Below, piece after piece: positions 36,227 through 49,491 of a stretch of DNA of 64,000 nucleotides. A program made the position numbers and the translations under genes. The DNA comes from Octopus vulgaris (Eukaryota), in NCBI GenBank assembly GCA_951406725.2, contig OX597827.1, positions 73,408,001 to 73,472,000 on the forward strand, given 5' to 3'. Positions within the stretch are counted from its first letter, which is position 1, and each line of letters starts with the position of its first letter. The notes under the pieces are model-generated. The model ran no database searches and was not told the DNA's origin. It worked only from the letters and a program-made list of their open reading frames with translations.

Positions 36227-39200
36227 AAGCTAACACTACCTTTTTTATCCATGAAAATCTGGGAATTCAAGGATAGTAATAGTGAAATTAGCCTAAAATG
36301 GGATATAGTCCATGAAGCTCAGCCATACAAAAATTACCGATATAGATGTGAACTATGTTGTATGGAGATATATGAATTAGGGATAAGCAAAACCTAAATA
36401 ATAATAAATTAGACCTTAGAGTATCCTGTGTACATAGGATTACACGTACCTTCAAATACTTTAGAAGCAAATAATAATCTTCTCTACTCAAGGCACAAGG
36501 CCCCAAATGTTGGCGGAGGTGGGGCAGTCGGTTAGATGGATCCCAGAACGCAACTGGTATTTAATTTATCGATCCCGAAAGGATGAAAAGCAAAGTTGAC
36601 CACGACAGAATCTGAACTCAAACCGTAAAGACATTCGAAATACCTATTTCTTTACTGGCGACAAGGGGCTAAACACAGAGAGAATAAACAAGGACAGACA
36701 AACGGATTAAGTCGATTATATCGACCCTAGTGCGTAACTGGTACTTATTTAATCGACCCCGATGAAAGGCAAAGTTGACCTCGGCAGAATTTGAACTCAG
36801 AACGTAGCGGCAGACGAAATACGGCTACGCATTTTGCCCGGCGTGCAAACGCCTTAGAAACAAATAAGAATAAGCATATCATACTATGATTTGGTAGCCT
36901 GAGTTATCCAGGGTGTCATATCTTTCATAGCATACCCTATATTATCTAGAAATACATGTAGTATTGCTCTCTAATAGCCCTTAACTACTTCAATCTGCAT
37001 TCCTTCAATATTTATATTGCAACCTCGGTATTGGGATTATTTTCCTTTATAGTGATAATATATAAATTCGCAATGGATTACCAATTCTTGCGCCTCCCCT
37101 AAGTATAAGTTATACCCCATAAGAACTGATATTATTCTAAATAAATCAGTGTCTCTGATATATTTTGCAAATATTTTATAAACCCATTTTCAAAGGTATC
37201 TTTATCTTAATTTATTCTTTAATTAGTATTTGATAAGCATATCTTGATTTATCCTTTTTTTTTCTGTTATAACTTTCATATCATTCGCAATGAAATATTT
37301 TATTTTATAAAGTCTTATTAAAAACATTCTTATATAAAAATATTTTAGCTTTTTATTTTTCATATTTTTTATCTTGTATATCTAAATTTTTATATATCTA
37401 TACACACTCCTGTATATATTGATTGCAAAGGAGGTTATAATTTCTTTTCATAAAACTCATTGTATAATATAATACAATATTATATTTATAATTACACATT
37501 AGGTTTTATAAAATTTATAAATATTTTATATATATACTTGCCGGGTCATAGTGCTAGTGCATGTATATATGTGTATATATAAGTGAACATATTACATGTA
37601 CATCTATATATATACATCTACACATAAAATACAAAATACAAAGTTATATCTTGATATCGCTAGTGATAACAATACTCAAAATATATAACAGACTGGAATT
37701 GTTAGCCCGTCTCTTGTAATTTCGATCAATTGTATCTTGTTCTCCCTCTTGTATAGAAGTGTGGCTACAATCCAGCCTACCTCTACTTCGGGGGGGGGGG
37801 GCATTAAAAATTTTTTTCCAGGGGCGTCCTACGTCCCAGATATAAAGGTAAAAATAAAATATTTCCACTTTGCAAGTTCGAGTCGAGTACCTCCCTTGCA
37901 CACTCCATTGACTCGAACCTTGCTTCTATTGTGGTTAATATACTGCCTCTGATTAGATAACTTTCATAGTTGCACCAAGACACTTTTCGAAGGTGCTTTC
38001 CTCCATGTTGTTTTATTATTACCCACAAGGGGCGAACACAGATGGGACAATACATTCTGATGATGGGGTCAGACAAACGAATGGGTTTTTACAATAAATC
38101 GGGTTTAAAAATTTTCATGAATAACAATAAATGGACAGAAATCGAGTGATAGGACAGACCGGAAGACATTACGGGTGGAGTGGGTGCGGGTTTAGCTCGG
38201 ACCCCACGAGCCCCGCCTCCCACTGATACTTTTGGTTGCACTTGGTATTACATTTATGTTGTAACTTTCATTCGCAACTTCCGTGCTACATCCTTCCATC
38301 GTTCTTCATACGCTCTCCTAGTCAGGCATATTCTCTCCAGCCCTATCTTCCTTTTCAGGTGAAAGATGAAATAATTCATCAAACCAGGGCCGGAGATGAA
38401 CTTGCCTGACTGTAAACCTTTCATTCTCGTCTTCCATATCACCTCTTTCGCGATTGCTACTACAACGAGAAAACGAAACTTACCTTCATTCACGAGGAAA
38501 TCCGGTGGGTCAATTTTTGTAATCGACTCAGTCGACAGCTGTACTCTTCGTGTACCTGACAACAGGTGTTCGGCATAAACCCACACCTCAGACACGTCCG
38601 GACAATGAACAATCGCGTGCGGGACGGTTTCCCTATCCCGCCCGCATCTTGGACATATCGGACTGTCTTGGCCACCGTGCCTTGCGAGTTTATCCCGAAC
38701 AGGTAGAGCTCCTCTGTAGCATTGCCATGCCAGAGACTTCTGGAAATTGTCCAGTGTCCTTGGCTCGAACGTACGTCGGAACAGACTGGCCAGCTGGTTA
38801 TCGTCGAGACCTAGGGTTTCCCCCAAGGTATCTTCACATTCCGCCTCTACCAACCCTCTATAGAAGAAAGTGGTGGAACCCCCACCGCAGGCGTTGCCCG
38901 AGCGACGGAATAGCAGGAGAGCCTTGCGACACTCCGTGTACCAAGTACCAAGTTTCGATCTACGATTCAGCCAGGTTTCCCATCCACCGAAACTAGTGAA
39001 CTTGGGAAACATCAGTTTTGCTAGCGAAGACCACACCCGTTCACCATCCAGGTAGAGCCACAGATGTCTTAACCTCAGCGCATGTCTGCGCATCATCAGC
39101 CAAGGCATCCCTAGCCCACCCTTTAACGGTTGTTGACAGCAAGTAGAGCGTTTCACAAGTGGTTTCCCGCCCTTCCACAAGAAGTAGAAGAGCTGTCTTT

Positions 39201-40496
39201 CCAACTTGATCAACCACGAATCAGGGCAAGGAACGACGGAAAGGCGGTAGGTGATAACCGATGCGATAAACACATTGGCCACCTCCGCCCTCCCTTTCAG
39301 GGATAGCCACCGCCAAGACCAGGTCTTGGCTACTGCAGCCACCTTGCTCGTTACCTCGCCCCAATTCTTCTCTATTTGGAGGTCTGGACCGAACCAGACC
39401 CCTAGCAGTTTAATCGGACCCTCCGTCCAACGTCCCACGACGCTGTCAGGAGGCATCGACTTGCCTCTCCAGGTGCCGAGTTGCAAGCCGACTGACTTTT
39501 CGCGATTAACTTTTGCTCCTGTCACCGTCTCGTACACCTCTATGGCCTTGCCTACTTTACATGAGGTGGTCCATTTCGGTTACGATGATGGTGATGTCAT
39601 CCGCGTACGCTGACACTGATTTTCCATTACCTGGCTGTCTCGGGATGCCGCTCAGTTTTCGCAGTAATGGCTCAAGAGCCATTACGTACAAAAGCGGGGA
39701 GAGCGGACACCCTTGACGAACCGAGCGTTTGATTTTGAACGGCTTCGACAAGAAGCCGTTCACCCGAACTACCGAGTCGATGTTATCATAAATTTCGATA
39801 ATCCACCTGAGGAATCCAAGGCTCAGCCCGAACTGTGCCAGGGCAGATACCAGGTAACGATGGTCGACCCTATCAAAAGCTTTAGATTGGTCTAAATGGA
39901 CCAGTGCCCCACCCTTGCCAGAATCACTATTAAACCCCTCTATAGTGTACCGCATTAGATGGAGATTATCCTGAATGGATCTGCCCGGAACGGCACATGT
40001 CTGTGCCCCTCCGATCAGACCATCCGCGACACGCGCCAATCTTTTCGATAACACTTTGGCCAAAATCTTCAACTCTGTGTTTGGCAGAGTGATGGGCCCT
40101 GAAATTATCAATGCACTCCCCCTTGCTCGGGTCCTTTCTGACGAGAGTCACTACTCCCCGGCGCACAGATCTGGGTATAAGCCCGTTCTGCTGCCAGTTC
40201 GCGTAGACCTCCGCCAGTAGGTGCCCGAACAAGTCCACAACATACTGCTTATATAACTCATAGGGTAGACCATCCAAACCCGGCGCCTTGCCCGCGCCGC
40301 ATGATCCGCCGTTGCCTCAGCCACCTCCTCAGGCGTGATTGGCCCTTCACAGCCACTCCGCATCTCGCCCCGATAAGCGCGGCAGACCGTCGAGTAGGTC
40401 CGTAAAGGCCCTCCTCCTATCCAGTCCGCCGCACTCACCGAAAAGCTGAGCGAAGTGCTCCTGAAAGGCCTCACACATCTCCTCGGGTTCGTTTAT
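35118..40496 (+). repeat. Near-identical direct copy of 1-5368
   Basis: Offset 35117. Includes pseudoexon 35305-35432, SINE, host ORF1 half and target site 37997-38008. Confidence 0.97.
38009..40496 (-). mobile_element. Second copy of the Tx1-clade LINE, cut by the gap
   Basis: ORF 38254-39537 matches the ORF2 C-terminus. Indels accumulate toward the gap. Confidence 0.93.
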
Positions 40497-40596
40497 NNNN
40501 NNNNNNNNNNNNNNNNNNNNNNNNNNNNNNNNNNNNNNNNNNNNNNNNNNNNNNNNNNNNNNNNNNNNNNNNNNNNNNNNNNNNNNNNNNNNNNNN
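40497..40596. other. Scaffold gap (100 N)
   Basis: Seen directly. Confidence 1.
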
Positions 40597-40936
40597 CTTC
40601 AAGATACAAGGTGCGATTTAGTTTACTGCGCTTTTGTGTGTCAACAGTTTCAGAGATGTTTAAAGAAGTCGCTTGTCTGCTCGTGATTCTCTATAATTAT
40701 TTATATTGGATATTTTATGGAATTTTATTTTACCCGAATACTTTCATCTTATTATCTAGAGTGTTATTTCATTGATCCACGTGGAAATACAATGAGGAAT
40801 CAAGTATATATTCATCTCTATCTAGTGTCTGTAATCCTAAAAGAAAAAACAATATCTGACATACTGAATCATTTATAATATAACATAAAACTCTTATAAT
40901 AGCAATTCATATCCAACAATTTTTCTATGATTTCAG

Positions 40937-41065
40937 AATGTCTCAGCGGTAGATTTGGTCGCAATTGCACAAAGATTTATCATTGTTACGCAAGATGTAA
41001 CCACATACATGGATTATTTCCAGGAGTGTGTGAAGCAGGATACACCGGGTACAACTGCCAAGAAG
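40937..41065 (+). CDS. EGF-like exon type A (two Cys lost)
   Basis: tttcag|...|gttatt, 129 nt. ECLSGRFGRNCTKIYHCYARCNHIHGLFPGVCEAGYTGYNCQE. Confidence 0.75.
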
Positions 41066-41326
41066 GTTATTTCCAATACTTTTTATTCCAGCATATTAAA
41101 ATTCTCCACATTTGATTTAGTGTTCCTTAGCGTAAATCAACTTTCTTATTTATCATCAAAGACTACTTCAACGTTAACTCATGAGTTATGCTTTAAGATA
41201 AGATAATAAAAAAGCGTGTCTTTGATATCTCACATATATTTGTAGAAGAGAACTCTTACAGCCATAACTTTTATTGTGTGGAGCTAATAATATCTAATCT
41301 ATTGTGTTTTATATTAATATTTTCAG

Positions 41327-41461
41327 AATGTGAAGCTGGTAGATTTGGTAGAAATTGTAGAGGGACATGTCATTGTATCGACGACGAAAACTGCGACAGA
41401 ATAACTGGAAAATGCTCAGATGGATGTTCTGCTGGATATACAGGCGACTTTTGTCAACAAA
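41327..41461 (+). CDS. EGF-like exon type B
   Basis: tttcag|...|gtatga, 135 nt. ECEAGRFGRNCRGTCHCIDDENCDRITGKCSDGCSAGYTGDFCQQ. Confidence 0.88.
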
Positions 41462-41912
41462 GTATGATATGAAACTATGATACATTTCATAAAATTATGT
41501 TTAAATCTCTGCATCAGATTCTTACTTTATCTTTCCTTTCATTTAATTAACGTGGTAATTGGGACGGGGACTATACAGGTTTACAACCAATATATTTTCC
41601 AAACTTAGATTCATTAAATACTTCGTAAATTCATAATGAGATATATGGGTGTCATGCGTTTTCATGCTTGTTGTATACATGTATGGATATATGTATATGT
41701 ATTTATAAATATACAGATACATGTATTTATTTATATATATATATATACATACATACATACATACATACATACATACATACATACATTCATATATATATAT
41801 ATATATTAATATATATATGAATATAAGATCGTTAATTTACAATAAAATAACGATTTTTTTAAGTGGTCAGCATGGAAAAAAGAACCTTCAAAGGTAATAA
41901 TAATTGAAATTA

Positions 41913-42146
41913 AAATTAGGGTATCTATGAGATACCACCATGCTGAAAATAGCAGCCATGATCTGACTCTAAAAACACCTTAATTGTCCATATATCAACA
42001 CTGACAGAAAACAAATAGACAAGATGAAACTACTAATTTTTTAGCTTTTCATCTTGTCTATTTGTTTTCTCTCCATTAAGGTGGTTTTAAAGTCAGATTA
42101 TGGCTGCTATTTTCAGCATGGTGTTATCTCGTAGATACCCTAATTT
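41913..42146. repeat. Imperfect foldback palindrome
   Basis: aaattagggtatcta..tagataccctaattt outer arms and agaaaacaaatagacaagatgaaa / tttcatcttgtctatttgttttct inner arms. Confidence 0.85.
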
Positions 42147-42218
42147 ATAATTTTGATATATGATTTTATTTTTATTTTTCAAGTTTCAGCTAATGAGCTG
42201 TGGCCATGCTGGGGCACC

Positions 42219-42317
<99 letters not shown>

Positions 42318-42394
42318 AATATTACGTATATATATATGTATATGTATGTACATACATATATACATATACATATATTCCTTTTCAACCTTATACA

Positions 42395-42430
<36 letters not shown>

Positions 42431-42745
42431 CATGTATATATATATGAAAGAGAGGTAATTTCTACTCTTCTCCTCTGGAAGCCATCTACTCGCAATACCA
42501 GAGGACACACACTCTCCTACCCTGATGTAATCTCCAGAGATACTGGCATCTAGCAACAGGACCTCCGTAATGCCATGATGGACCGTGAAGTCTTGCGTAG
42601 CATGGTAAATTCCATTGTCTCGACCACGGTCGAACAATGATGATGATGATGATATATATATGTGTGTATATATATATATATATATAGTATGTATATACAC
42701 ACATATCTATGTAATACAGACATATATATAGCCCCCACACACATG

Positions 42746-42776
<31 letters not shown>

Positions 42777-42801
42777 GTGTCTGTGTGTGTATACATAAAT
42801 A

Positions 42802-43185
42802 CAGGCGTTGGACAAAATAATGGTAATACCTTGAAATTCTAAACAAATTATCTTAATATGGAGTAGGACCACCGTCGGCAATAATTACACCTTCAATACT
42901 ACGAGGTATGGACTCGTACAAAGTTTCAATTCATTCCAAAGAAAATATTCTCAATTCGTCTGCTAAAACCGTCTCTATTCCCTAACATCTTCAGCTGTGT
43001 GAATTGGTGCATTATCATCCTGAAAGATTCCGTTTCTTTCAGGAAACAGTTCCGCAACCATAGGATTAATTTGATTAGATAAATTGCTTAATTAGCTTTC
43101 CCCATTAATTCTGCCATGAAGGGAAACAATTAAGCCGGGGAATTTCCAAGATGAATCTCCACCCCAGATCATCACAGATCCTTCT

Positions 43186-43190
<5 letters not shown>
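42802..43190 (-). mobile_element. Tc1-like relic (unit 1)
   Basis: TIR caggcgttggacaaaataatg; minus strand encodes FQDDNAPIHTA. Confidence 0.8.
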
Positions 43191-43260
<70 letters not shown>

Positions 43261-43265
<5 letters not shown>

Positions 43266-45506
43266 GAAAGAATGGAGTCGAACGACGATTTAACAAAATT
43301 CCTTTACTCTCGACACATGTTTCGAAGGCTGCATATTCTTAATTCCGAAGGAATAAAGGGTGCATTATGTCGCCATCTCATCAGGAAAGACAAGGAACTT
43401 ATGTCAGCATCATGACGAACAAATCCTTTAGATGACTGCCCACATGATGTCCACAGTAATAACGAGTGTTTCTTTAAAATATACCGTTATAAGCAATGGC
43501 GTCAAAATTGGTTGGATGGAGAATGTTCTAAACCAATAATTGCTTCTCAGGATAAGAAAACTAATAACAATAGAAATAGTGAGAATATTGATTCCAGCTC
43601 TAACAATGTCGGCACCCCTGTAGATAAGAAAATTAATTTACGGACCAGTGGAAGAAATAGACAACCAACCCCAAATTTCCAGCAGGGGAATCTTTCCCTT
43701 TACTGTCAACAGTAACAATATGACCAATTCTAAATCCACAAAAAACTATATCTGGTTTGTTATACCTTTCGGGAAGCAAATCAAATCAAATCTTCCCTTA
43801 CAGTTCCGTGAAGCCATAGCTAAGAACTTTCCCAGGGATTCTAGGTATTACTCTATTATTAATTCGCATAGGGTGAGATTGCATTTTCTAACACTAGAAA
43901 TCTTTCACAAATTATCGCCTCCCATAATAATAAGCTGCTAAACAAAGATTCTTCACCCGGGAGTTACAACTCTATTCTAACCAATTCCAACCAAACATAC
44001 AATAATAATGATAGAAATAGTATTGATAATAGCAACATTCGTAACAGCGTTAGTATTAATAATAATATTAGTGGGATTTATAACAGTGGTAGTGTTGATG
44101 GTAACAACGACAGCATTTCTATTGTCAGGGATATTGCCGGTGATAGTACAACTAATAATAATAACAATAATAGAAATAGTGTAGTGATCAATGATAGCAG
44201 TAATATTAACAGCAATCAGAACAATAGAAACTCCGTTTTAATCTCGGAGGAAAACCCTAACAGATTAAAGTTCTTGTCCAGCAATTCCAAAATTAAAAAC
44301 TCCATTTACCAGTGTAAGATTTCTTCCAGTACCGGTGTCTTCTTCGATATTGGCGCGACAACTTCTCGATTGTCCAAGAGAATTTCCAATCATTATTCAA
44401 CTTTCCGAAATAAGAAAAAACAACATAGTATAGGACTAAGTAAATTAGTTTGGCGTCTTAAGGACAGCAATATAACTTTCAAACTGGACTGGTCCATATT
44501 ATCTGTATCCTTTCCTTTTGATAAGGGCAGGAAATTCTGTGGCATTTGTAATTCCGAACTCTTCTTTATCCTTTTCTCCAAATTCCTCTTGGTAAACACA
44601 ATTATAGAAAAATCCTATAAGTGCAAACATTGGCAGAGACATACTTTCCACTCATATGAATGATGATTAATATAGATAACCTCTTTGATTTAATAATTTA
44701 GTCTCACTTCTACAACACCACCATAGACAAAATTTTTTTCTACTACGGTACATGAAGAATTACTACTAAATTTGTTGGGATATGTTTTCCTCTTTCTCTC
44801 TGCATCTCCCCACCTCTCTCTCTCTCTCTCTATCATACCCACAATCGAACACACAGACACAAATTTGTCACCTCACTACTAAATGTTTCTGACATTTATC
44901 CCCCTACACACACGGTCACGCACACACACACACACAGACACGAATCCAGTTATATACATACACACACACAAGCACTTAAACTCATTAAAAATAGCATACA
45001 CCCACGCATCCCCATACAATACAGCTTGCACTCTATCACCTCCCTAGAACTTTCTCCTTCCAACCAAATTTGAACTCTTGAACTTTTTAGAACATTCTCC
45101 ATCCAACCAATTTTGACGTCATTGCTTATAACGGTATATTTTAAAGAAACACTCGTTATTACTGTGGACATCATGTGGGCAGTCATCTAAAAGTTTTTGT
45201 TCGTCATGATGCTGACATAAGTTCCTTGTCTTTCCTGATGAGATGGCGGCATAATGCACCCTTTATTCCTTCGGAATTAAGAATATGCAGCCTTCGAAAC
45301 ATGTGTCGAGAGTAAAGGAATTTTGTTAAATCGTCGTTCGACTTCATTCTTTCATTTATTCATAGTTAAAAAAAACACACAAATTTCCACACGAGATCAC
45401 GGGATTTCTGCATTTGGCATGTAGCTTCAACCGTGTTTTCTGAAGTGAATTTGCTACCCAGGTATCGGTTAACCGAATTATCCATACTAAGATAATTCAT
45501 TCACCT

Positions 45507-45510
<4 letters not shown>
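43261..45510 (+). mobile_element. Penelope-like element with inverted ~272-bp terminal repeats, GIY-YIG region and hammerhead motifs
   Basis: IR 43261-43532 vs 45086-45358. IWFVIPFG..KNFP..; IYQCKI..IGATT..RISNHYSTFR..LSKLVWRLKD..WSIL..CGICNSE. Flanked by (TA)n. Confidence 0.87.
45229..45313 (+). ncRNA. Type I hammerhead ribozyme motif
   Basis: ctttc-CTGATGA-long stem II-GAAAC-atgt-GTC-gagag. Inverted copy at ~43306-43390. Confidence 0.75.
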
Positions 45511-45567
<57 letters not shown>

Positions 45568-45570
<3 letters not shown>

Positions 45571-46054
45571 GGTGAATTGAAGAAATGGAGCTGAACGCAG
45601 ATTGAACAGAAATCGTTTTATTACATTCTGCACGTGTTTCGAAAGGCACAATTTACCAAAATCCGATTGAATAATGGGACCATATTGTGTCTTTCTCTTC
45701 AGGAAGAAAATAGAAATCCGTTGGAAAAAACAAAAACAGAACAGAGGCGGAGCAAAAACAAATCGAGCTAGGCTCCTAAGAGCCCATGGCGAAACTGTTT
45801 ATCAGTGTATGTTAACTGATAAACAGTTTCGCCATGGGCTCTTAGGAGCCTAGTTCGATTTGTTTTTGCTCCGCCTCTGTTCTGTTTTTGTTTTTTCCAA
45901 CGGATTTCCTATTTTCTTCCTGAAGAGAAAGACACAATATGGTCCCATTATTCAATCGGATTTTGGTAAATTGTGCCTTTCGAAACACGTGTAGAATGAA
46001 ATAAAACGATTTCTGTTCAATCTGCGTTCAGCTCCATTTCTTCAATTCACCAAT
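45568..46054. repeat. Near-perfect ~240-bp-arm hairpin of Penelope-like terminal repeat
   Basis: Arms 45568-45806 and 45814-46054 with a short spacer and few mismatches. Confidence 0.95.
45913..46000 (+). ncRNA. Type I hammerhead ribozyme motif
   Basis: ttcttc-CTGAAGA-gaaagacacaat..attgtgcctttc-GAAAC-acgt-GTA-gaatgaa. Mirror copy on minus at ~45620-45708. Confidence 0.75.
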
Positions 46055-46209
46055 AATATTTTAATTTCAATTATCCGCACCAACGAACGGTTGCAACACC
46101 ATATGGTTGTACCTCCAACCGTGCTGTTTACTGCTGTGATTTTTGCTACTAAGGTATCGGTTAAACTTTTGATTAATCTACTACAAGATTATTCATCTTT
46201 CTATTTCAC

Positions 46210-46269
<60 letters not shown>

Positions 46270-46448
46270 CATATGCTTATGTGTGTGTGTGTGTATATAT
46301 ATGCATCCGACTGCCTTCTTTCAGTTTCCGCCGACCAAATCTGCTAACAAGGCTTTGGTCAGCCCGACGCTATAGTAAAAGACAGACGCCCAATGTACAA
46401 CGCAGTGGGATTAAACCCGGATCTATATGGTTGGGAAGCAAGCTTCTT

Positions 46449-47672
46449 TATTTCATATAATTTGCCACAAGGGCAGTACACAGATAGAAGCTTGTGGGCT
46501 GGACATAGACAGGATGAGATGAAATGGAACGAAATAATGCGGATGGGAGGGATGTTGGCGCCCACCGACCGATAAACCCTCGAATACAAAGTTTCTTTAC
46601 AACAATATAAAATTTTCTTACAATTCTCTTTTTCAGGTCCCCCAAGCTAAGTGACTTGCCGACTGCAGACAACTCTGCATCGATAAGTCGGGGCCTGCAA
46701 AGAGGAAAGCAAATTCTTTCTTGTCAAAGGTCGCTGTGACCTTTGACAAAATTTATTCTGTAACTGCCTCCTCAGCCACCTGCGGATGCTATATCGGACT
46801 ACTTGAGTAGACCGAGTACACACGTTCTCGGTCACCCAAGCCGTCCAAAAATTTACTCACCGTCCCTCCCTCGTGGTAAAGGAGGACAAACACCTCCTCT
46901 TCACAGGAAGGGACTTCACACTGCTCCGTCAGTGGCACACTTCCCACTGACGGAGCCCTATCCGCAGGTGGCTCCGTCGGCGGCCCAGGAACATCCGCAG
47001 ACCGTCCTCTGCTCCTCTTTTTCTCTTTCTTTTTGAGGTTGCGGGTGTAGGGGGCTGCGTCGACAGACGCGGAGGGTCGCAACCCTCCTCCGCCGCTTGA
47101 ACATTCTTTGGTGAGCAACCATTGTTGCTCACCTTTCTTTTTCCTTTCGTGGAGGCAACTTCCACCACGACTTGTACCGTCTCCCCCTCCAATAAGGGGG
47201 CGGCGGACAACTTTTCTTTCTCATGCTCCAGGGCACCACCACGGCCCCCGGGACAGTTCCTTTTGATATGGCCAGGCTCCATGCACAGGTGACACTCGGG
47301 GGGAGGGCGTCCCTCGAGTAATACCGGGTACCTGTACCCGGCCATTTTTAGGAAGTCTGGGAATATCATATCTCCCACGGCCACCGGGGTCCACAGGGTC
47401 AAAGTTGCCTTTGACCCCTCCTAGTCGACCGCGGGAGTAATCTCTACACTCAATAGCCTGGGCCCGCTATCCCCCAGGCCTCGCCGGATGGTCTCCTCGA
47501 TCCATCTCGCCTCCGTGCTAGTACAAAATATAAAACCTACAAGCAACAAATCCTACTGGACTCAAGAAGCAAAAAGTCTTACCTTACAGTAGAGTGTCTT
47601 TTAATTTTCGCCAGCTGCAAACCAACGTGGCGACTTCAACAGGCGAGTGAAGAACAACTAACGACCGGAACC
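46449..47672 (-). mobile_element. Third ORF1-only retroelement (decayed), inserted in a SINE
   Basis: TSD ggaagcaagct(t/a)ctt at 46434-46448 and 47673-47687. AVD*EG..FPDFL..VLLEGRPPPECHLCMEPGHIKRNC. 3' motif tctgtgtactgcccttgtgg. Empty site at 58946-58965. Confidence 0.82.
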
Positions 47673-48046
47673 GGAAGCAAGCTACTTACCAAACTGTCAT
47701 TCATTAATAAATCTATCACCATTGAACACCATTTCTGATATACAGAGGGCGACGTATGAAAAAGTTGCTGAAAGAAGTCGTGTTCAGCTCGTGATTCTTT
47801 ATAATTATCTATATTTGATATTTCATGGAATTTTATTTTACGCGAATACTTTCATCTTATTATCTGTAGTGACATTTCATTGATCCACGTGGAAATACAA
47901 TAAGGAATCAAGTATATATTCATCTCTATCTAGGGTCTGTAATGCTAAAATATATAACAATATCTAGCATATTAAGTCATCCATACTATATCATAAAACT
48001 CTTATAATAGCAATTTATGGCTAACGTTTTTATTTTATTATTTCAG

Positions 48047-48175
48047 AATGTCTCAGCGGTAGATTTGGTCGCAATTGCACAAAGTCCTGTCATTGTTCCG
48101 AAACATGTAACCACATAAATGGACTATGTCCAGGAGTGTGTGATGCAGGATACACCGGGTACAACTGCCAAGAAG
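48047..48175 (+). CDS. EGF-like exon type A
   Basis: 129 nt, AG/GT. ECLSGRFGRNCTKSCHCSETCNHINGLCPGVCDAGYTGYNCQE. Confidence 0.88.
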
Positions 48176-48433
48176 GTTATTTCCAACACCTTTTATTCCA
48201 ACATTTTAAAATTCTCTACATTTCATTTAGTTTCTTAGCGTAAACAACTTTCTTATTTATCATCAAAAACTACTTCAATGTTAACTCATGAGTTATGCTT
48301 TAAGATAAGGTAATAAAAAAGCGTGTCTTTGATATCTTACATATATTTGTAGAAGAGAGCTCCTACAGCCATAACTTTTATTGTGTGGAGCTAATAATAT
48401 CTAATCTATTGTGTTTTGTATTAATATTTTCAG

Positions 48434-48568
48434 AATGTGAAGTTGGTAGATTTGGTAGGAATTGTAGAGGGACATGTCATTGTATCGACGACGAAAGCTG
48501 CGACAGAATAACTGGAAAATGCTCAGATGGATGTTCTGCTGGATATACAGGCGACTTTTGTCAACAAA
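48434..48568 (+). CDS. EGF-like exon type B
   Basis: 135 nt, AG/GT. ECEVGRFGRNCRGTCHCIDDESCDRITGKCSDGCSAGYTGDFCQQ. Confidence 0.88.
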
Positions 48569-48822
48569 GTATGATATAAAACTAAAACATATTTTATAAC
48601 ATTATGGTTTAATCTCTGCATCTGATTCTTACTCTAACTTTCCGTTTATTTCCTGAAGAGAACTATACAGGTTTATAACCAATATATTTGCCAAACTAAC
48701 ATTCATTAAATACTTCGTGAATCCATATTGAGATATGTGGGTTGCATGCGATTTTATGTATGTTGTATGGATGTATGTGGATGTATTTATACATATACCT
48801 ATACATGTATTTATCTATATAC

Positions 48823-48891
<69 letters not shown>

Positions 48892-48911
48892 GAAATCGTG
48901 TGTTGAAACAG

Positions 48912-49491
48912 ATATTGTTGTATTTAGGAATGGTCATATTGCCAGTTTAGCCAATAAAAACACACGCACTATATATCTTCATTTGCGCATGCTTATATCT
49001 CTATGTGCGTTTATGTTTATTAAGTGTGTGTATGTGGGGGATGCCTGTAATATTTGTATCTTCTGTTTATATATGTTTTTGTTTATTCTTATTTTGTTCA
49101 TGTGTTTACATCCACTTATTATTATAATAAGTGGATGTAAACACATGAACAAAATAAGAATAAACAACAAAAACAAAATACAAATTACATGAACATATAT
49201 AAACAGAAGATACAAATATTACAGGCATCCCCCCACATACACACACTAAATAAACATAAACGCACATAGAGATATAAGCATGTGCAAATGAAGACATACA
49301 ATAGAAATACAAAATGGCTGACGGTTAGTAAGGAGAGACACAAAGAAGAAAGAAGAAAACAAAGGACCTTTGATGCGGTCACAGGAGTGTGACGAAAGAA
49401 TTCTGTCCGAAATAAGATTAAGATTAATGTAAAAAATAAATAACACTGAAGCAAAATTGGCTCAAAACTGGCAATATGACCATTCCTAAAT

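Noticed and set aside
39540-40496. Frameshifts in LINE copy 2 as biological decay
   Set aside because: Clustered at the contig end and most likely low-coverage consensus errors.
40927-41472. ORF-track starts MISECL and MELIISNLL as signal peptides
   Set aside because: They are intronic read-through upstream of tttcag acceptors.
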